A DNA stretch of 54,092 bases from an uncultured Anaerolineaceae bacterium (GTDB lineage: Bacteria; Chloroflexota; Anaerolineae; Anaerolineales; E44-bin32). Below, one piece after another: positions 1 to 8,772 of the stretch. A program made the position numbers and the translations under genes. The notes under the pieces are model-generated. The model was given only the letters and a program-made list of their open reading frames with translations. It was not told the DNA's origin and made no database searches. Position 1 is the stretch's first letter. Every line of letters begins with the position of its first letter. The DNA lies in the NCBI GenBank assembly GCA_964353875.1, contig CAYGXU010000009.1, forward strand, positions 1-54,092, in the 5' to 3' direction.

Positions 1-37
1 GATGCAACTCACGATCAGTTTCTGGAGAAGACTCCAT
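1..37 (-). CDS. 5' end (partial, runs off the window) of a small hypothetical protein, paralog of the 965..1300 gene
   Basis: The reverse strand reads GGAG-N5-ATG GAG TCT TCT CCA GAA ACT GAT CGT (MESSPETDRELH...). This aligns with MEPLETDRDIYL at the start of ORF 965..1315. Nucleotide similarity continues through the 5' UTR and promoter. Confidence 0.45.
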   Translation of the reverse strand, partial: MESSPETDRELH

Positions 38-53
38 TTTCGCTCCATTCAAA

Positions 54-94
54 ATTCAATTGTTGAATTATAACCCCGAGCCGACACATGTCAA
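54..94 (-). promoter_or_regulatory. Sigma70-type promoter (TTGACA-N16-TATAAT) with an overlapping palindromic operator ATTCAA-CAA-TTGAAT
   Basis: On the minus strand the -35 TTGACA lies at 94..89 and the -10 TATAAT at 72..67, with a 16-nt spacer. The perfect palindrome at 68..54 overlaps the last 2 nt of the -10 and the expected start site. A 22/25 identical block sits upstream of gmd at 8726..8750. Confidence 0.55.
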
Positions 95-128
95 CCCGCC
101 ACGTAGAGTAAAATTTTCATCGCCCTGA

Positions 129-950
129 TCATTTCGGTCCAGCGGCTCGAACCAGGATCTTGGCTGCCGCGTCACGATCCTCCTCACCGCTTTGAAACGG
201 GCTGTAAATGCGTGACCGGACTTGATGGAACGCCTCCAAGGCTGACTCGATGATTTCAAACTCACATCGTTCAAAGATTTCCCTGAAGATCGCTTCATAG
301 TCCCAGATTCTAAGCCGGTTTAAATTGCTAGCTGGATTTAGATAACGACGCCAGGTCTTCTCCGAGTAACAAAGCATCGCAAATGGATATCTGAAGAGGT
401 GATCGCGCAGATCGATGAAATGCACATGCGCGCCCGAGAATTTCGTGAGCGCAGCGAGGGATTTTGTAACCTGTCGTGGATTTTCAAGATGTTCGTAGAC
501 GGAGGAAGACAATACCAGATCCAATGCTTCGGCGCATCTATTTTGATATGCCTCTGCCGTATCATGCACAAGTGTAATGCGTGCCGGATTAGGACTAACT
601 TCACCATTCTTTATGAAGATGTATGGTTCAGCTTCTTTCGCGAGGACGAGATTGTCCTGCCGATTCGTCAAAGCGTAGGGATCTAAGAGCACTACATGTT
701 GTGCACCGCGTTTGAGTAGCTCGACTGCAGAACCGAAGTAGCCACCGTATCCAAGAATCAACACCCTTGCTCCCTGTATTCCTAGCCCCCACGCCGCCAA
801 CGCATCCGTATAACGATTGACTGCCGCTTGCGCGTCGCGCGTCTCGAGACCTGACTGCACTCCTATGTTGTGCCCCATCATCCAATGCATGATGGGTGTA
901 GGAGTGAAACGGCGTGCCAAACGTAATGCAAGATACTCTAACGACGGCAC
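129..950 (-). CDS. Class I SAM-dependent methyltransferase
   Basis: 273-aa ORF. It has a glycine-rich motif I (VLILGYGGYFGSAVELL) followed by an acidic post-I residue (VVLLDPY) and a later LVLSSSVYEHL motif, typical of the Methyltransf_11/23 fold. It starts 14 nt after the upstream small gene. Confidence 0.7.
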   Translation of the reverse strand: MPSLEYLALRLARRFTPTPIMHWMMGHNIGVQSGLETRDAQAAVNRYTDALAAWGLGIQGARVLILGYGGYFGSAVELLKRGAQHVVLLDPYALTNRQDNLVLAKEAEPYIFIKNGEVSPNPARITLVHDTAEAYQNRCAEALDLVLSSSVYEHLENPRQVTKSLAALTKFSGAHVHFIDLRDHLFRYPFAMLCYSEKTWRRYLNPASNLNRLRIWDYEAIFREIFERCEFEIIESALEAFHQVRSRIYSPFQSGEEDRDAAAKILVRAAGPK

Positions 951-964
951 CTCACGATCTCCTT

Positions 965-1300
965 TTATGCAAATTCACCTGAAGCGTCTGATTTTGTATT
1001 CTTGAGAAATGGAGAGGTCTTTCCGGGCCTCTCTCGAAAAAGCCAAATCGGATTCTCCATAGAAGCAATGATCAGGCGCGCCCGCAAAGCAATCCCCGAA
1101 GGTTTAATGACGTAACGCAACTTAGGAAGCTCAGCGCTTTTAGCTCTGATAAAAAGGTTCTCGATGAAGCGCCTGAGATACCAATTTTCCGTGCCCACAA
1201 CCACGCCGGTCCTTGCTGTCATACTAACCTGGGGTGTGTCTTGACCGTTATCAATTGAATCAAGCAGATAGATATCACGATCGGTTTCTAGAGGCTCCAT
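965..1300 (-). CDS. Small hypothetical protein (111 aa from the ATG; the ORF track extends it to a TTG at 1315)
   Basis: Open frame with no recognisable family. Its N-terminus, 5' UTR and upstream region are paralogous to window positions 1..128. Confidence 0.5.
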   Translation of the reverse strand: MEPLETDRDIYLLDSIDNGQDTPQVSMTARTGVVVGTENWYLRRFIENLFIRAKSAELPKLRYVIKPSGIALRARLIIASMENPIWLFRERPGKTSPFLKNTKSDASGEFA

Positions 1301-1431
1301 CTTCGTACCATTCAAATCTCAATTGGTGAATTTTTGCCCTACCAAGACATGGGACAGGGCCGGTTATTCCCCAAGATCATCGCCATCCTTTAGAAAGCTT
1401 TGAAATGAGAAATGCAGTTGGTCATTATTGG

Positions 1432-3405
1432 TCACCGTTTTACAAAATCCCTCTTCGGAGCAAGCAACCACACAGAGACCTTATCAGCTCTCAGCACCGG
1501 CTGATAATACTCCAGGATGGGTACACTGACATGTTTGACCCAGGCATCGTTCTCCTCACCAAAAGGCTCTTCAGATCCCTGAAATACAATATAGAGGGGA
1601 TCACTGACGATCAATTGAAAACGGTGACGGGAAAGATCTCTATACAATTGAGCAAAATACGTTTGATTATTTCCCATCGCCTGGTTCATCATATCCTTGA
1701 GCTCATAATCCATTACCAGAGGAACCTCGGTGATCTCGCCAAAAGTAAGAAGCTGACGCTGGTCAATAAATAGCACTTCCCCTTTCTCTGCTGCTTCCAT
1801 GGTTAGATAACGGATGGATGCAAGCGCCTCGCGGACATCTTTATTGTCAGGCAAATCCAGGTGTTCTCCAACTCGGACGAGATTCCAAATTGGAACAAAG
1901 ATCACAGCCAGAAGCAAAACCCAGGCAAAGCTTGGCATCGATCGTAACACACTCTCCTTGGTGATTAAATAGCCCGTAAAAAGGACGAGAGTCACCAAGA
2001 ACATATCAAGATTGTGGAGATTACTCCCCCCACCGATTTTTACACTGGCGACAAGACCAGCTCCAAGGAATCCGAGAAAGGCGACCAGGGTTACAAGCCC
2101 CTGTAACCAATCTAACTTCACTCTACGGCTGAGAATCACCCATGCAAGCCATAATAGGAGAGGTCCAACACTATAGATCAACCCTGGGATCACGCCAGTC
2201 GGATTGGTAGCACTTGGCCAAAGTCGATACCAAAGGAGGGGCTGACTCAGGGAGGTGGAATAAATAGGTCCAGTGCTTGGGAAAGCGAGATCCATATAGA
2301 TTTGCGAAATAATCGCGCCGATAATCCCTGAAAAGCCCAATATGAAAGGACGTCGCAGCCTTCGCCAGAATGTCTGCGCCGGCTCTTCATCCAAAATTGC
2401 CCACACTATAGCCCAAATAGCAGGGGACAGCATCCATGTCCAACGACTGATTCCGGCATAAAAAGAAGCGACAGCTATGATCAAAGCTGGTTGCCAAAGC
2501 CAATTACGCCGATATCCCAGCACAAAGATGATTGCACTTATAATAAGGGGAGCGTAAATCGGTCCTTGAGAGAGAAATAGAAATGCCCAGAGAGCGAAAG
2601 GCCATGGTCCCAAATGGAGATGATCAGAACGTCGCGCCCCGATAACCACCCAACCCAAGACCATATGAGGCAAGATCCAAAGCAAAGCGTCCCATAAACG
2701 CATGTGCTCGATCGAGAGCCGACTAAAAAACAAGAAAGGCAAGCCCCACAATCCATGACGCCCCGGCGTTAGGTAGGAAGGATAGGAGAACTCTCCAACA
2801 ATATCGTATCGATCATGACTAAAGTAGAGGGAGTAATCCCAAAGCCGATTGCCTTCCGACCAACCAAGTGCGAAAGGATAATCCGTCACCTGAAATAAAC
2901 GCTGCACCACCAATACAATGCAACTGGAGAGGAGCAACGCTGTCATCCCTCTCACGACCCAATGTCCCAATTTCCTGGGAAAGAAAAGACCTGCAATTAG
3001 TGAAAAAATAACCACCAGCAGGATACGAAAATTCGGGAAATCGAATCGCCAGCCCCATGGTCCAAAAAGGAGGAAAGAAGGAAATGCCAAGCTTATCAGG
3101 GCGATAGGCCATCGGAGGGATCGTATCCGATCGAGCTGTGTCTCTATCTGAGGAATCCATTTTGATTCAACTTCCCCTGGTTTAAAAACCCCGTAGACAA
3201 CAACAAACATCACTCCCCATGCCAGGAGGCCATAACCGATCAGCCCCACGCCCCATTTGACTGAGAAATGCCCGAGGAACTCCCCATTGCCTGTACCCAT
3301 GCCGCGCAAGAAGAGATCGCGTGAGCCTGAGACAACCAAGATCCCTAATAGAAGCCATCCGATCCGTAGCCAAAATGTCGCGCTTCGAAAGATCGATTTC
3401 ATCAT
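1432..3405 (-). CDS. Large polytopic membrane protein with a C-terminal soluble domain, candidate GT-C-type glycosyltransferase
   Basis: 657 aa with more than 12 hydrophobic segments, then a ~150-aa hydrophilic C-terminal domain. It has a 4-nt start/stop overlap with the upstream flippase-like gene and sits in a glycan locus beside a polyprenyl-phosphate GT2. Confidence 0.55.
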   Translation of the reverse strand: MMKSIFRSATFWLRIGWLLLGILVVSGSRDLFLRGMGTGNGEFLGHFSVKWGVGLIGYGLLAWGVMFVVVYGVFKPGEVESKWIPQIETQLDRIRSLRWPIALISLAFPSFLLFGPWGWRFDFPNFRILLVVIFSLIAGLFFPRKLGHWVVRGMTALLLSSCIVLVVQRLFQVTDYPFALGWSEGNRLWDYSLYFSHDRYDIVGEFSYPSYLTPGRHGLWGLPFLFFSRLSIEHMRLWDALLWILPHMVLGWVVIGARRSDHLHLGPWPFALWAFLFLSQGPIYAPLIISAIIFVLGYRRNWLWQPALIIAVASFYAGISRWTWMLSPAIWAIVWAILDEEPAQTFWRRLRRPFILGFSGIIGAIISQIYMDLAFPSTGPIYSTSLSQPLLWYRLWPSATNPTGVIPGLIYSVGPLLLWLAWVILSRRVKLDWLQGLVTLVAFLGFLGAGLVASVKIGGGSNLHNLDMFLVTLVLFTGYLITKESVLRSMPSFAWVLLLAVIFVPIWNLVRVGEHLDLPDNKDVREALASIRYLTMEAAEKGEVLFIDQRQLLTFGEITEVPLVMDYELKDMMNQAMGNNQTYFAQLYRDLSRHRFQLIVSDPLYIVFQGSEEPFGEENDAWVKHVSVPILEYYQPVLRADKVSVWLLAPKRDFVKR

Positions 3406-4334
3406 TCCTCAGGCCTCTTAGTTTTGATCCGTACCTCCTCCGGCACAACTTTCCCTACCCAAAGCGCACCTGGAAGGCTGACGAATAAGTAAAAGAAACG
3501 TGTAATCAATGCCAGGGCGGTCGCCTGTTCCGTTGAAGCTCCAAAATGGGTATAAAAGGCTACTATCGCTAATTCACGGATTCCGTATCCATTGATGGAT
3601 AAGGGAATCAAAGTCAAAAAATAGACAAGACTGGAAGCCCCGGCGACATCTTTCAAACTTACAGGGATATTAAGACCAATGGCGATGAGAAAAACTGCAC
3701 AAAACCATACCAGAACACCACAACAAGAGGCCAACAGTGAAAGTAATAGCCAGATTGGCCTCTTTAGCCAATGCTGAAGAGCCCCCATAAAATGATCAAA
3801 AGCCTCTCGCATACTGCCTGATATTTTTCTTTTATCCATCGCAATGGGGCCCGCAAATAGCAGACCGGTTCTAACTACAGATTGGAGCAGAGGGATACCG
3901 AAGGGCAGAAAGAATAGCATCCCAATGAAACCAACCAAACGATCGACCACAACCGAGGCTGCTGCTTCCATGCGTTTCTCTGATTCCTGCACGATCCCTG
4001 CAATTCGCACGACATCTCCGCCTACCATACTCGGTAAAAAATTAGAAGCGAAAAGGCCAGAGAAAACAAACATAAGGGTACGAAAGAACGGAAGGAAAAT
4101 ACCCTGAGCACGCAACAGAAGAAACCAACGGATGGTGTTCCAGGTATGTCTCAATAAAAGTAAAAGAATGCTGAGGATAAGCAGATAAAGAGGCAATGAT
4201 TTGATCGCCTCAAGTATCATCCGCCAATCTTGTTGTGAGAGAAGCCAAAGGAGCAAACCCAACGACAGGATCGTGCCAATCAGTCTTAATCTCCAGGATA
4301 TCCCCTTCTTATGGACTTTATCCACATAGGACAT
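3402..4334 (-). CDS. Flippase-like / lysylphosphatidylglycerol-synthase TM-region family membrane protein (UPF0104)
   Basis: 310 aa and multi-pass. It has the characteristic SNFLPSMVGGDVVRI motif and an RW..LL N-terminal segment. Confidence 0.7.
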   Translation of the reverse strand: MSYVDKVHKKGISWRLRLIGTILSLGLLLWLLSQQDWRMILEAIKSLPLYLLILSILLLLLRHTWNTIRWFLLLRAQGIFLPFFRTLMFVFSGLFASNFLPSMVGGDVVRIAGIVQESEKRMEAAASVVVDRLVGFIGMLFFLPFGIPLLQSVVRTGLLFAGPIAMDKRKISGSMREAFDHFMGALQHWLKRPIWLLLSLLASCCGVLVWFCAVFLIAIGLNIPVSLKDVAGASSLVYFLTLIPLSINGYGIRELAIVAFYTHFGASTEQATALALITRFFYLFVSLPGALWVGKVVPEEVRIKTKRPEE

Positions 4335-4341
4335 TGTTTTG

Positions 4342-5397
4342 TCAATCCATTACCGCAAGATATAAAGGTTCAAGTAATCTTAATAACTCATCCCCCAAAT
4401 CAGCTGGCGCTTTATTTCGGTAAGGCACTCCCATCCAATACACTGGGGTCTCTGCGAGGCGCTCAATGAGTAATTCTTGCTCCCGGGCTTTCCAGGCTGT
4501 GATCCTATCGGTGGCTTGAGGTATCCCGAGGTTCTTCTCCAGAAGCCTACAGAAATGACGCGCCTCAAAGAAATTCATATTGAGTACTTCCCCGACGGGG
4601 ATATCCGTTGGCGAAATCCGTTCGATGGATGGATGACTCCTTTCCGTACGTTTTAACAGGATGATCGCCGCTATATACGCTTCAGCAGCAATTTCATGTT
4701 TTGGCCACAGACGTTGAGCGCCCAATCGTATTGGCCACTTCACCCCCTCCCTTGAGATCATACGCAGCCGTCCGTAGAACTCCAGTTTCATTCGTTCTCC
4801 CAAGCTAAGCCTGGAACGAAGCTGTGGAATCCAGCGCAAGAGGTCAAGATATAGATGCGAACGTGTCAGATAGGGCAATGATTTCCGTCCCGGCAGAAGA
4901 AAAACATAATCATCTGCATGCAATCGGTATTTCGCTCCTCCACGTTCCAAAATAAGCGAACTAACCGTAGTCTTTCCAGTGCCGCCCATTCCTGTAAAGA
5001 TCAGACTTCGATCACCATAAACGACTGCCGCTCCATGCAGCATGAGGGCAGATTGAGTCGAGCTTAGAAAACGCAAGCTCGGATGGACAAGCATATGATG
5101 AACCATGGGAACGGCAATCCCGTTCCCTACAGCATCTATTTCGATCCGGCTTTCCCCCAAGTTTACTCTATAAGCCCATTGTGCCAGGAGTTTGTGGGAG
5201 TGAAAGCTGTATCCAGAGCTTCTTTGCCCGAGGGCATTTCCTCTTCTCCAATGTAGACGAAAAACGGGGATACCTGGCGAGAATTTCCCTGCCGAAAATC
5301 GGAATTCCTCCTCGATGAAATCAAGAGCATAGATATCCCGGCTCTCAAGTTCAAAACCTACCAGGTCATGAAAGTTATAACTCCGCGTCTCGCTCAT
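4342..5397 (-). CDS. HPr-kinase-like (HprK C-terminal domain-like) P-loop protein
   Basis: The segment LHGAAVVYGDRSLIFTGMGGTGKTTVSSLILERG...LHADDYVFL resembles the HprK/P catalytic core (lHG..v...g.g.li.G.sG.GKS...L...G..l..DD). It has a 4-nt overlap with the upstream GT4 gene. Confidence 0.6.
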   Translation of the reverse strand: MSETRSYNFHDLVGFELESRDIYALDFIEEEFRFSAGKFSPGIPVFRLHWRRGNALGQRSSGYSFHSHKLLAQWAYRVNLGESRIEIDAVGNGIAVPMVHHMLVHPSLRFLSSTQSALMLHGAAVVYGDRSLIFTGMGGTGKTTVSSLILERGGAKYRLHADDYVFLLPGRKSLPYLTRSHLYLDLLRWIPQLRSRLSLGERMKLEFYGRLRMISREGVKWPIRLGAQRLWPKHEIAAEAYIAAIILLKRTERSHPSIERISPTDIPVGEVLNMNFFEARHFCRLLEKNLGIPQATDRITAWKAREQELLIERLAETPVYWMGVPYRNKAPADLGDELLRLLEPLYLAVMD

Positions 5398-6530
5398 CCG
5401 CCAATCGCTTTCTTGAAAACTTTCTCATAGTCATCGGCAACATGGCGGATATCGAAAAGAGCTGCCTTGGAACGACTGGCGATTTTCATCTTACGCAACC
5501 GCTCTGAATTCTGCAGGCAATAGCGCAAGCCATCTTCGAAGCATTGGCGATCATTGATCGCACAAAGGCGTCCGTTAACACCATCTTCGACCAGATCGAT
5601 AAGACCACCCGCCCTATTGGCTACGATCACCAACCCCTGAGCGAGAGCATGTACACCCACTACAGGCAGTCCTTCCGAAAGAGAGGGCATGACGAGAATG
5701 TCACTCTCTCCTAATTGCCGCCAGACTTCATCGGTACTGACCCAGCCACCCAGATGAATGCGGTCTTCCAGGTGAGTCTTTTTGATCGCTGTTTCGATCG
5801 CTTCACGTTGGGGGCCATCACCCAATAATATACATGTCCACTTTAGATCCTTTAACCCTGAGAGAGACTCCACCAGGAAGACAAGATTCTTCTGAGGCTG
5901 AAATCGACCGGCAAAAATCAGCCGAGGCGTGTCCCCGACAGTCAGATTCCTATCTATTTCGGAATCTTCGGGCAGCTTCACACCGTTGGGGATGACGCTC
6001 ATCGCTACCGGGTAATGTTTTTGCGCCAATTCCATCGTATAACCGCTTACGGTAACGACCGCCCGAGCACCTTTCCAAATCGGGGGAGTGAAGGGATAAA
6101 TGAAACGGAACCAACGATCGGTCTTCTCTGGAACCCCCCCAGGCACATCCCCCAAATGAGCAGTAAGCACATAGGGGATACCACTCAGACGAGACAGCAC
6201 ATAACCGAGGACGCCAGTAGGAACAGCAAAATGTACATGGATCAGATCGGGTTTCCAACGTCGCAAATGCGATAAGGCAGGAAAAAAAGCTCCAAGAAGA
6301 TATCCCAACATCACACGCAATGAGGCTTGGGTCAGAACTCGCCGACCAGATGGGACACGCAAAACGCGATAACCATCAATCATTTCATCGCGAGGTAGCC
6401 CTTGTGCGTGGGAGGTGATCAAGCGAAGCTCATGACCACAATAGGCAAGCGCCTGACAAAGATCTGCACAGGCGCGTCCACCTCCCCCGCCAACAGGCGG
6501 ATATTCATAATTCAGCACCAGTATCTTCAC
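5394..6530 (-). CDS. Glycosyltransferase family 4 (GT-B fold)
   Basis: VKILVLNYEYPPVGGGGG N-terminus and a C-terminal E..G....EA-type motif (MPSLSEGLPVVGVHALAQGLVIVANRAGG). I chose the GTG at 6530. The ORF-track start at 6662 would overlap the upstream GT2 gene by 113 nt. Confidence 0.85.
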   Translation of the reverse strand: MKILVLNYEYPPVGGGGGRACADLCQALAYCGHELRLITSHAQGLPRDEMIDGYRVLRVPSGRRVLTQASLRVMLGYLLGAFFPALSHLRRWKPDLIHVHFAVPTGVLGYVLSRLSGIPYVLTAHLGDVPGGVPEKTDRWFRFIYPFTPPIWKGARAVVTVSGYTMELAQKHYPVAMSVIPNGVKLPEDSEIDRNLTVGDTPRLIFAGRFQPQKNLVFLVESLSGLKDLKWTCILLGDGPQREAIETAIKKTHLEDRIHLGGWVSTDEVWRQLGESDILVMPSLSEGLPVVGVHALAQGLVIVANRAGGLIDLVEDGVNGRLCAINDRQCFEDGLRYCLQNSERLRKMKIASRSKAALFDIRHVADDYEKVFKKAIGG

Positions 6531-6549
6531 TCGAGACTCAGCGGCCGAC

Positions 6550-7572
6550 TCAAGCCTGATCCTCCCCTTCACTCTCGTCCGTCCATCCATTATGAATCGA
6601 ACGAACTGAATAGGTGGGTTTCGCTTGAGATTCATGATATGTACGGACCAGTAACTCGGCAATTAAGCCCATCAGAATGGATTGGAATCCGAGGATAAAC
6701 AACATCGTGGTCATCAGAAGCAAGGGGGAGCGAATCATGTGTTCATCCAAGATAATTCGACGCCCGACCAATATTCCTAGCATGACGACACTCAATGCAA
6801 TTAAAAAAATGCCAGTCCCACCAAAGAGGTATATGGGTTTATTCGCATAGCTGATCAGGAATTTTACAGTGAACAAATCCAGGATGACCTTCAACGTTCG
6901 TTCCAAGCCGTATTTCGCTTTTCCGTGCCTGCGAGGGTGATGGCGTACTGGAATCTCGATTATCTTCGCGCCAACCCAACCGGCATATGCTGGGATAAAG
7001 CGATGCATCTCTCCATAAAGCCGAAAGCCCTGCAGGACTTCGCGACGATAAGCCTTTAAAGTACAGCCATAATCATGTAGACCGACGCCGGTGACTTTCG
7101 AGATGAGCCAATTCGCAATTTGAGAGGGGATTCTCCTGGTAAAGAGCTTATCCTGGCGATGAACACGCCAGCCCGAAACCAGATCGTAACCTTCCTTGAT
7201 TTTTTCCACCAGGAGGGGGATATCGGCCGGATCATTCTGCAGATCAGCGTCAATTGTAACAATCACATCCCCATGGGCGTGGTCGATCCCGGCCGCAATG
7301 GCCGCTGTTTGCCCAAAGTTACGACGTAATTCAACCACATGGGTATGTTTTGCATCTCTCTTGGCAATCTCTCCCAATACTTCCCGGCTCCCATCGATGG
7401 AGCCATCGTCAACAAAAACCAATTCATACGAATGGGCACTGAGCGCTGAAGTTAGTTCCTGATGAAGCGGTTTGAGGTTCTCCTCTTCATTGAAGACCGG
7501 GATGACAATAGAGAGATCCACTTTCTTCACTTGCCCAACCTCTAGATCAAATTGATAAGACGAATGGGGCAA
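6550..7572 (-). CDS. GT2 polyprenyl-phosphate glycosyltransferase (GtrB/ArnC/DPM1-like)
   Basis: LSIVIPVFNEEENL, VFVDDGSIDGS, TIDADLQNDP (DXD) and two C-terminal TM helices. This is the classic GtrB/ArnC architecture. Confidence 0.85.
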   Translation of the reverse strand: MPHSSYQFDLEVGQVKKVDLSIVIPVFNEEENLKPLHQELTSALSAHSYELVFVDDGSIDGSREVLGEIAKRDAKHTHVVELRRNFGQTAAIAAGIDHAHGDVIVTIDADLQNDPADIPLLVEKIKEGYDLVSGWRVHRQDKLFTRRIPSQIANWLISKVTGVGLHDYGCTLKAYRREVLQGFRLYGEMHRFIPAYAGWVGAKIIEIPVRHHPRRHGKAKYGLERTLKVILDLFTVKFLISYANKPIYLFGGTGIFLIALSVVMLGILVGRRIILDEHMIRSPLLLMTTMLFILGFQSILMGLIAELLVRTYHESQAKPTYSVRSIHNGWTDESEGEDQA

Positions 7573-7608
7573 TATGCTGCCAGGGCTTAATCTTCGTCAT
7601 AAAGGCTC

Positions 7609-8694
7609 TTATTCAAGCTCATTTGCCTGGCTATTCAATACAGCCGTTACTCCGGTATCCCAACGGTGCCAATCACCGAAACATTCTTTAAGGATGCGCA
7701 GGCCTTCACCAATGGGTTTCTGACCAATCGCTTCCATGTCTGCATCCACCATGATACGGGCTAATTGCTTATATGTAATTTTCGGTTCCCATTCAAGCCA
7801 TTTACGTGCTTTGGATGCATCAGCCAGCAGAAAATCTACTTCCGTAGGTCGGAAATATCGAGCGTCAATCTCGACATACTTTTCCCAATCCAATCCAGCG
7901 TATTCGAAGGTCTCGATGACGAATTCTCGCATACTTGGGGCTACACCCGTGCCGACAACATAGTCATCCGGATGATCCTGCTGCATCATTTGCCACATGG
8001 CTTCAACATATTCTGGAGCATACCCGTAATCCCTGCGCGCGTCCAGGTTTCCCAGATAAACCTTCTTTTGTGTTCCAGCTAAGATGCGCGCCACCGCTCG
8101 TGTGACTTTGCGAGAGAGGAAAGTGGGCCCACGGCGAGGGCTCTCATGGTTAAAGAGGATTCCATTGGAAGCAAACATATTGTATGCCTGACGATAATTC
8201 ACCGTCATCCAAAAACCATATAACTTCGCGATCGCATAAGGGCTACGTGGTTGAAAAGGGGTGGCTTCATTTTGAGGAGGTGGCGCGCTTCCAAAAATTT
8301 CACTGGAAGAGGCCTGATAGAAACGAGCAGCAATCCCGCTGCGTCGGATCGCCTCTAAGATGCGTGTCGTCCCGAGACCGGTCACCGATCCAGTATACTC
8401 AGGCATCTCAAAGCTTACCTTCACATGAGACTGTGCTCCCAGGTGATAAATCTCATCCGGTCGAACATTGTAGATTAGATTGGTTAATTGTTCAGCGTTC
8501 GACAAATCGCCATAATGTAAATATAAACGGGCTGAAGGGTCATGGGGGTCCTGGTAAATGTGATCGATCCTTTCGGTGTTGAAGGTGCTCGCTTTGCGGA
8601 TCATTCCATGGACTTCATAACCTTTGCTAAAAAGGAATTCAGCCAGATAGGACCCATCCTGGCCAGTGATTCCGGTGATTAAAGCCTTCAACAT
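7609..8694 (-). CDS. gmd: GDP-mannose 4,6-dehydratase
   Basis: [44 protein letters not shown]..., YAIAKLY catalytic motif, 361 aa. There is an AGGAG Shine-Dalgarno sequence 6 nt upstream. Confidence 0.95.
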   Translation of the reverse strand: MLKALITGITGQDGSYLAEFLFSKGYEVHGMIRKASTFNTERIDHIYQDPHDPSARLYLHYGDLSNAEQLTNLIYNVRPDEIYHLGAQSHVKVSFEMPEYTGSVTGLGTTRILEAIRRSGIAARFYQASSSEIFGSAPPPQNEATPFQPRSPYAIAKLYGFWMTVNYRQAYNMFASNGILFNHESPRRGPTFLSRKVTRAVARILAGTQKKVYLGNLDARRDYGYAPEYVEAMWQMMQQDHPDDYVVGTGVAPSMREFVIETFEYAGLDWEKYVEIDARYFRPTEVDFLLADASKARKWLEWEPKITYKQLARIMVDADMEAIGQKPIGEGLRILKECFGDWHRWDTGVTAVLNSQANELE

Positions 8695-8731
8695 GGGACA
8701 CTCCTGTAATTATCGGGCATTAGTTTTCAAT

Positions 8732-8772
8732 ATTCAGTTGCTGAATTATACCCGGATCATGTCAACGGTCAA
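8732..8772 (-). promoter_or_regulatory. Sigma70-type promoter (TTGACC-N16-TATAAT) with palindromic operator ATTCAG-CAA-CTGAAT upstream of gmd
   Basis: The -10 lies at 8750..8745 and the -35 at 8772..8767, with a second TTGACA at 8765..8760. The perfect palindrome is at 8746..8732. Relative to the copy at 54..68, both arms carry a complementary substitution, so the palindrome is preserved. Confidence 0.55.

Noticed and set aside
965-1315. PqqD-like peptide chaperone assignment for the 111-aa protein (because an HprK-like kinase is nearby)
   Set aside because: The sequence shows none of the PqqD pattern I can recall. It is also separated from the kinase by two large membrane-protein genes. No RiPP maturation enzymes are present.
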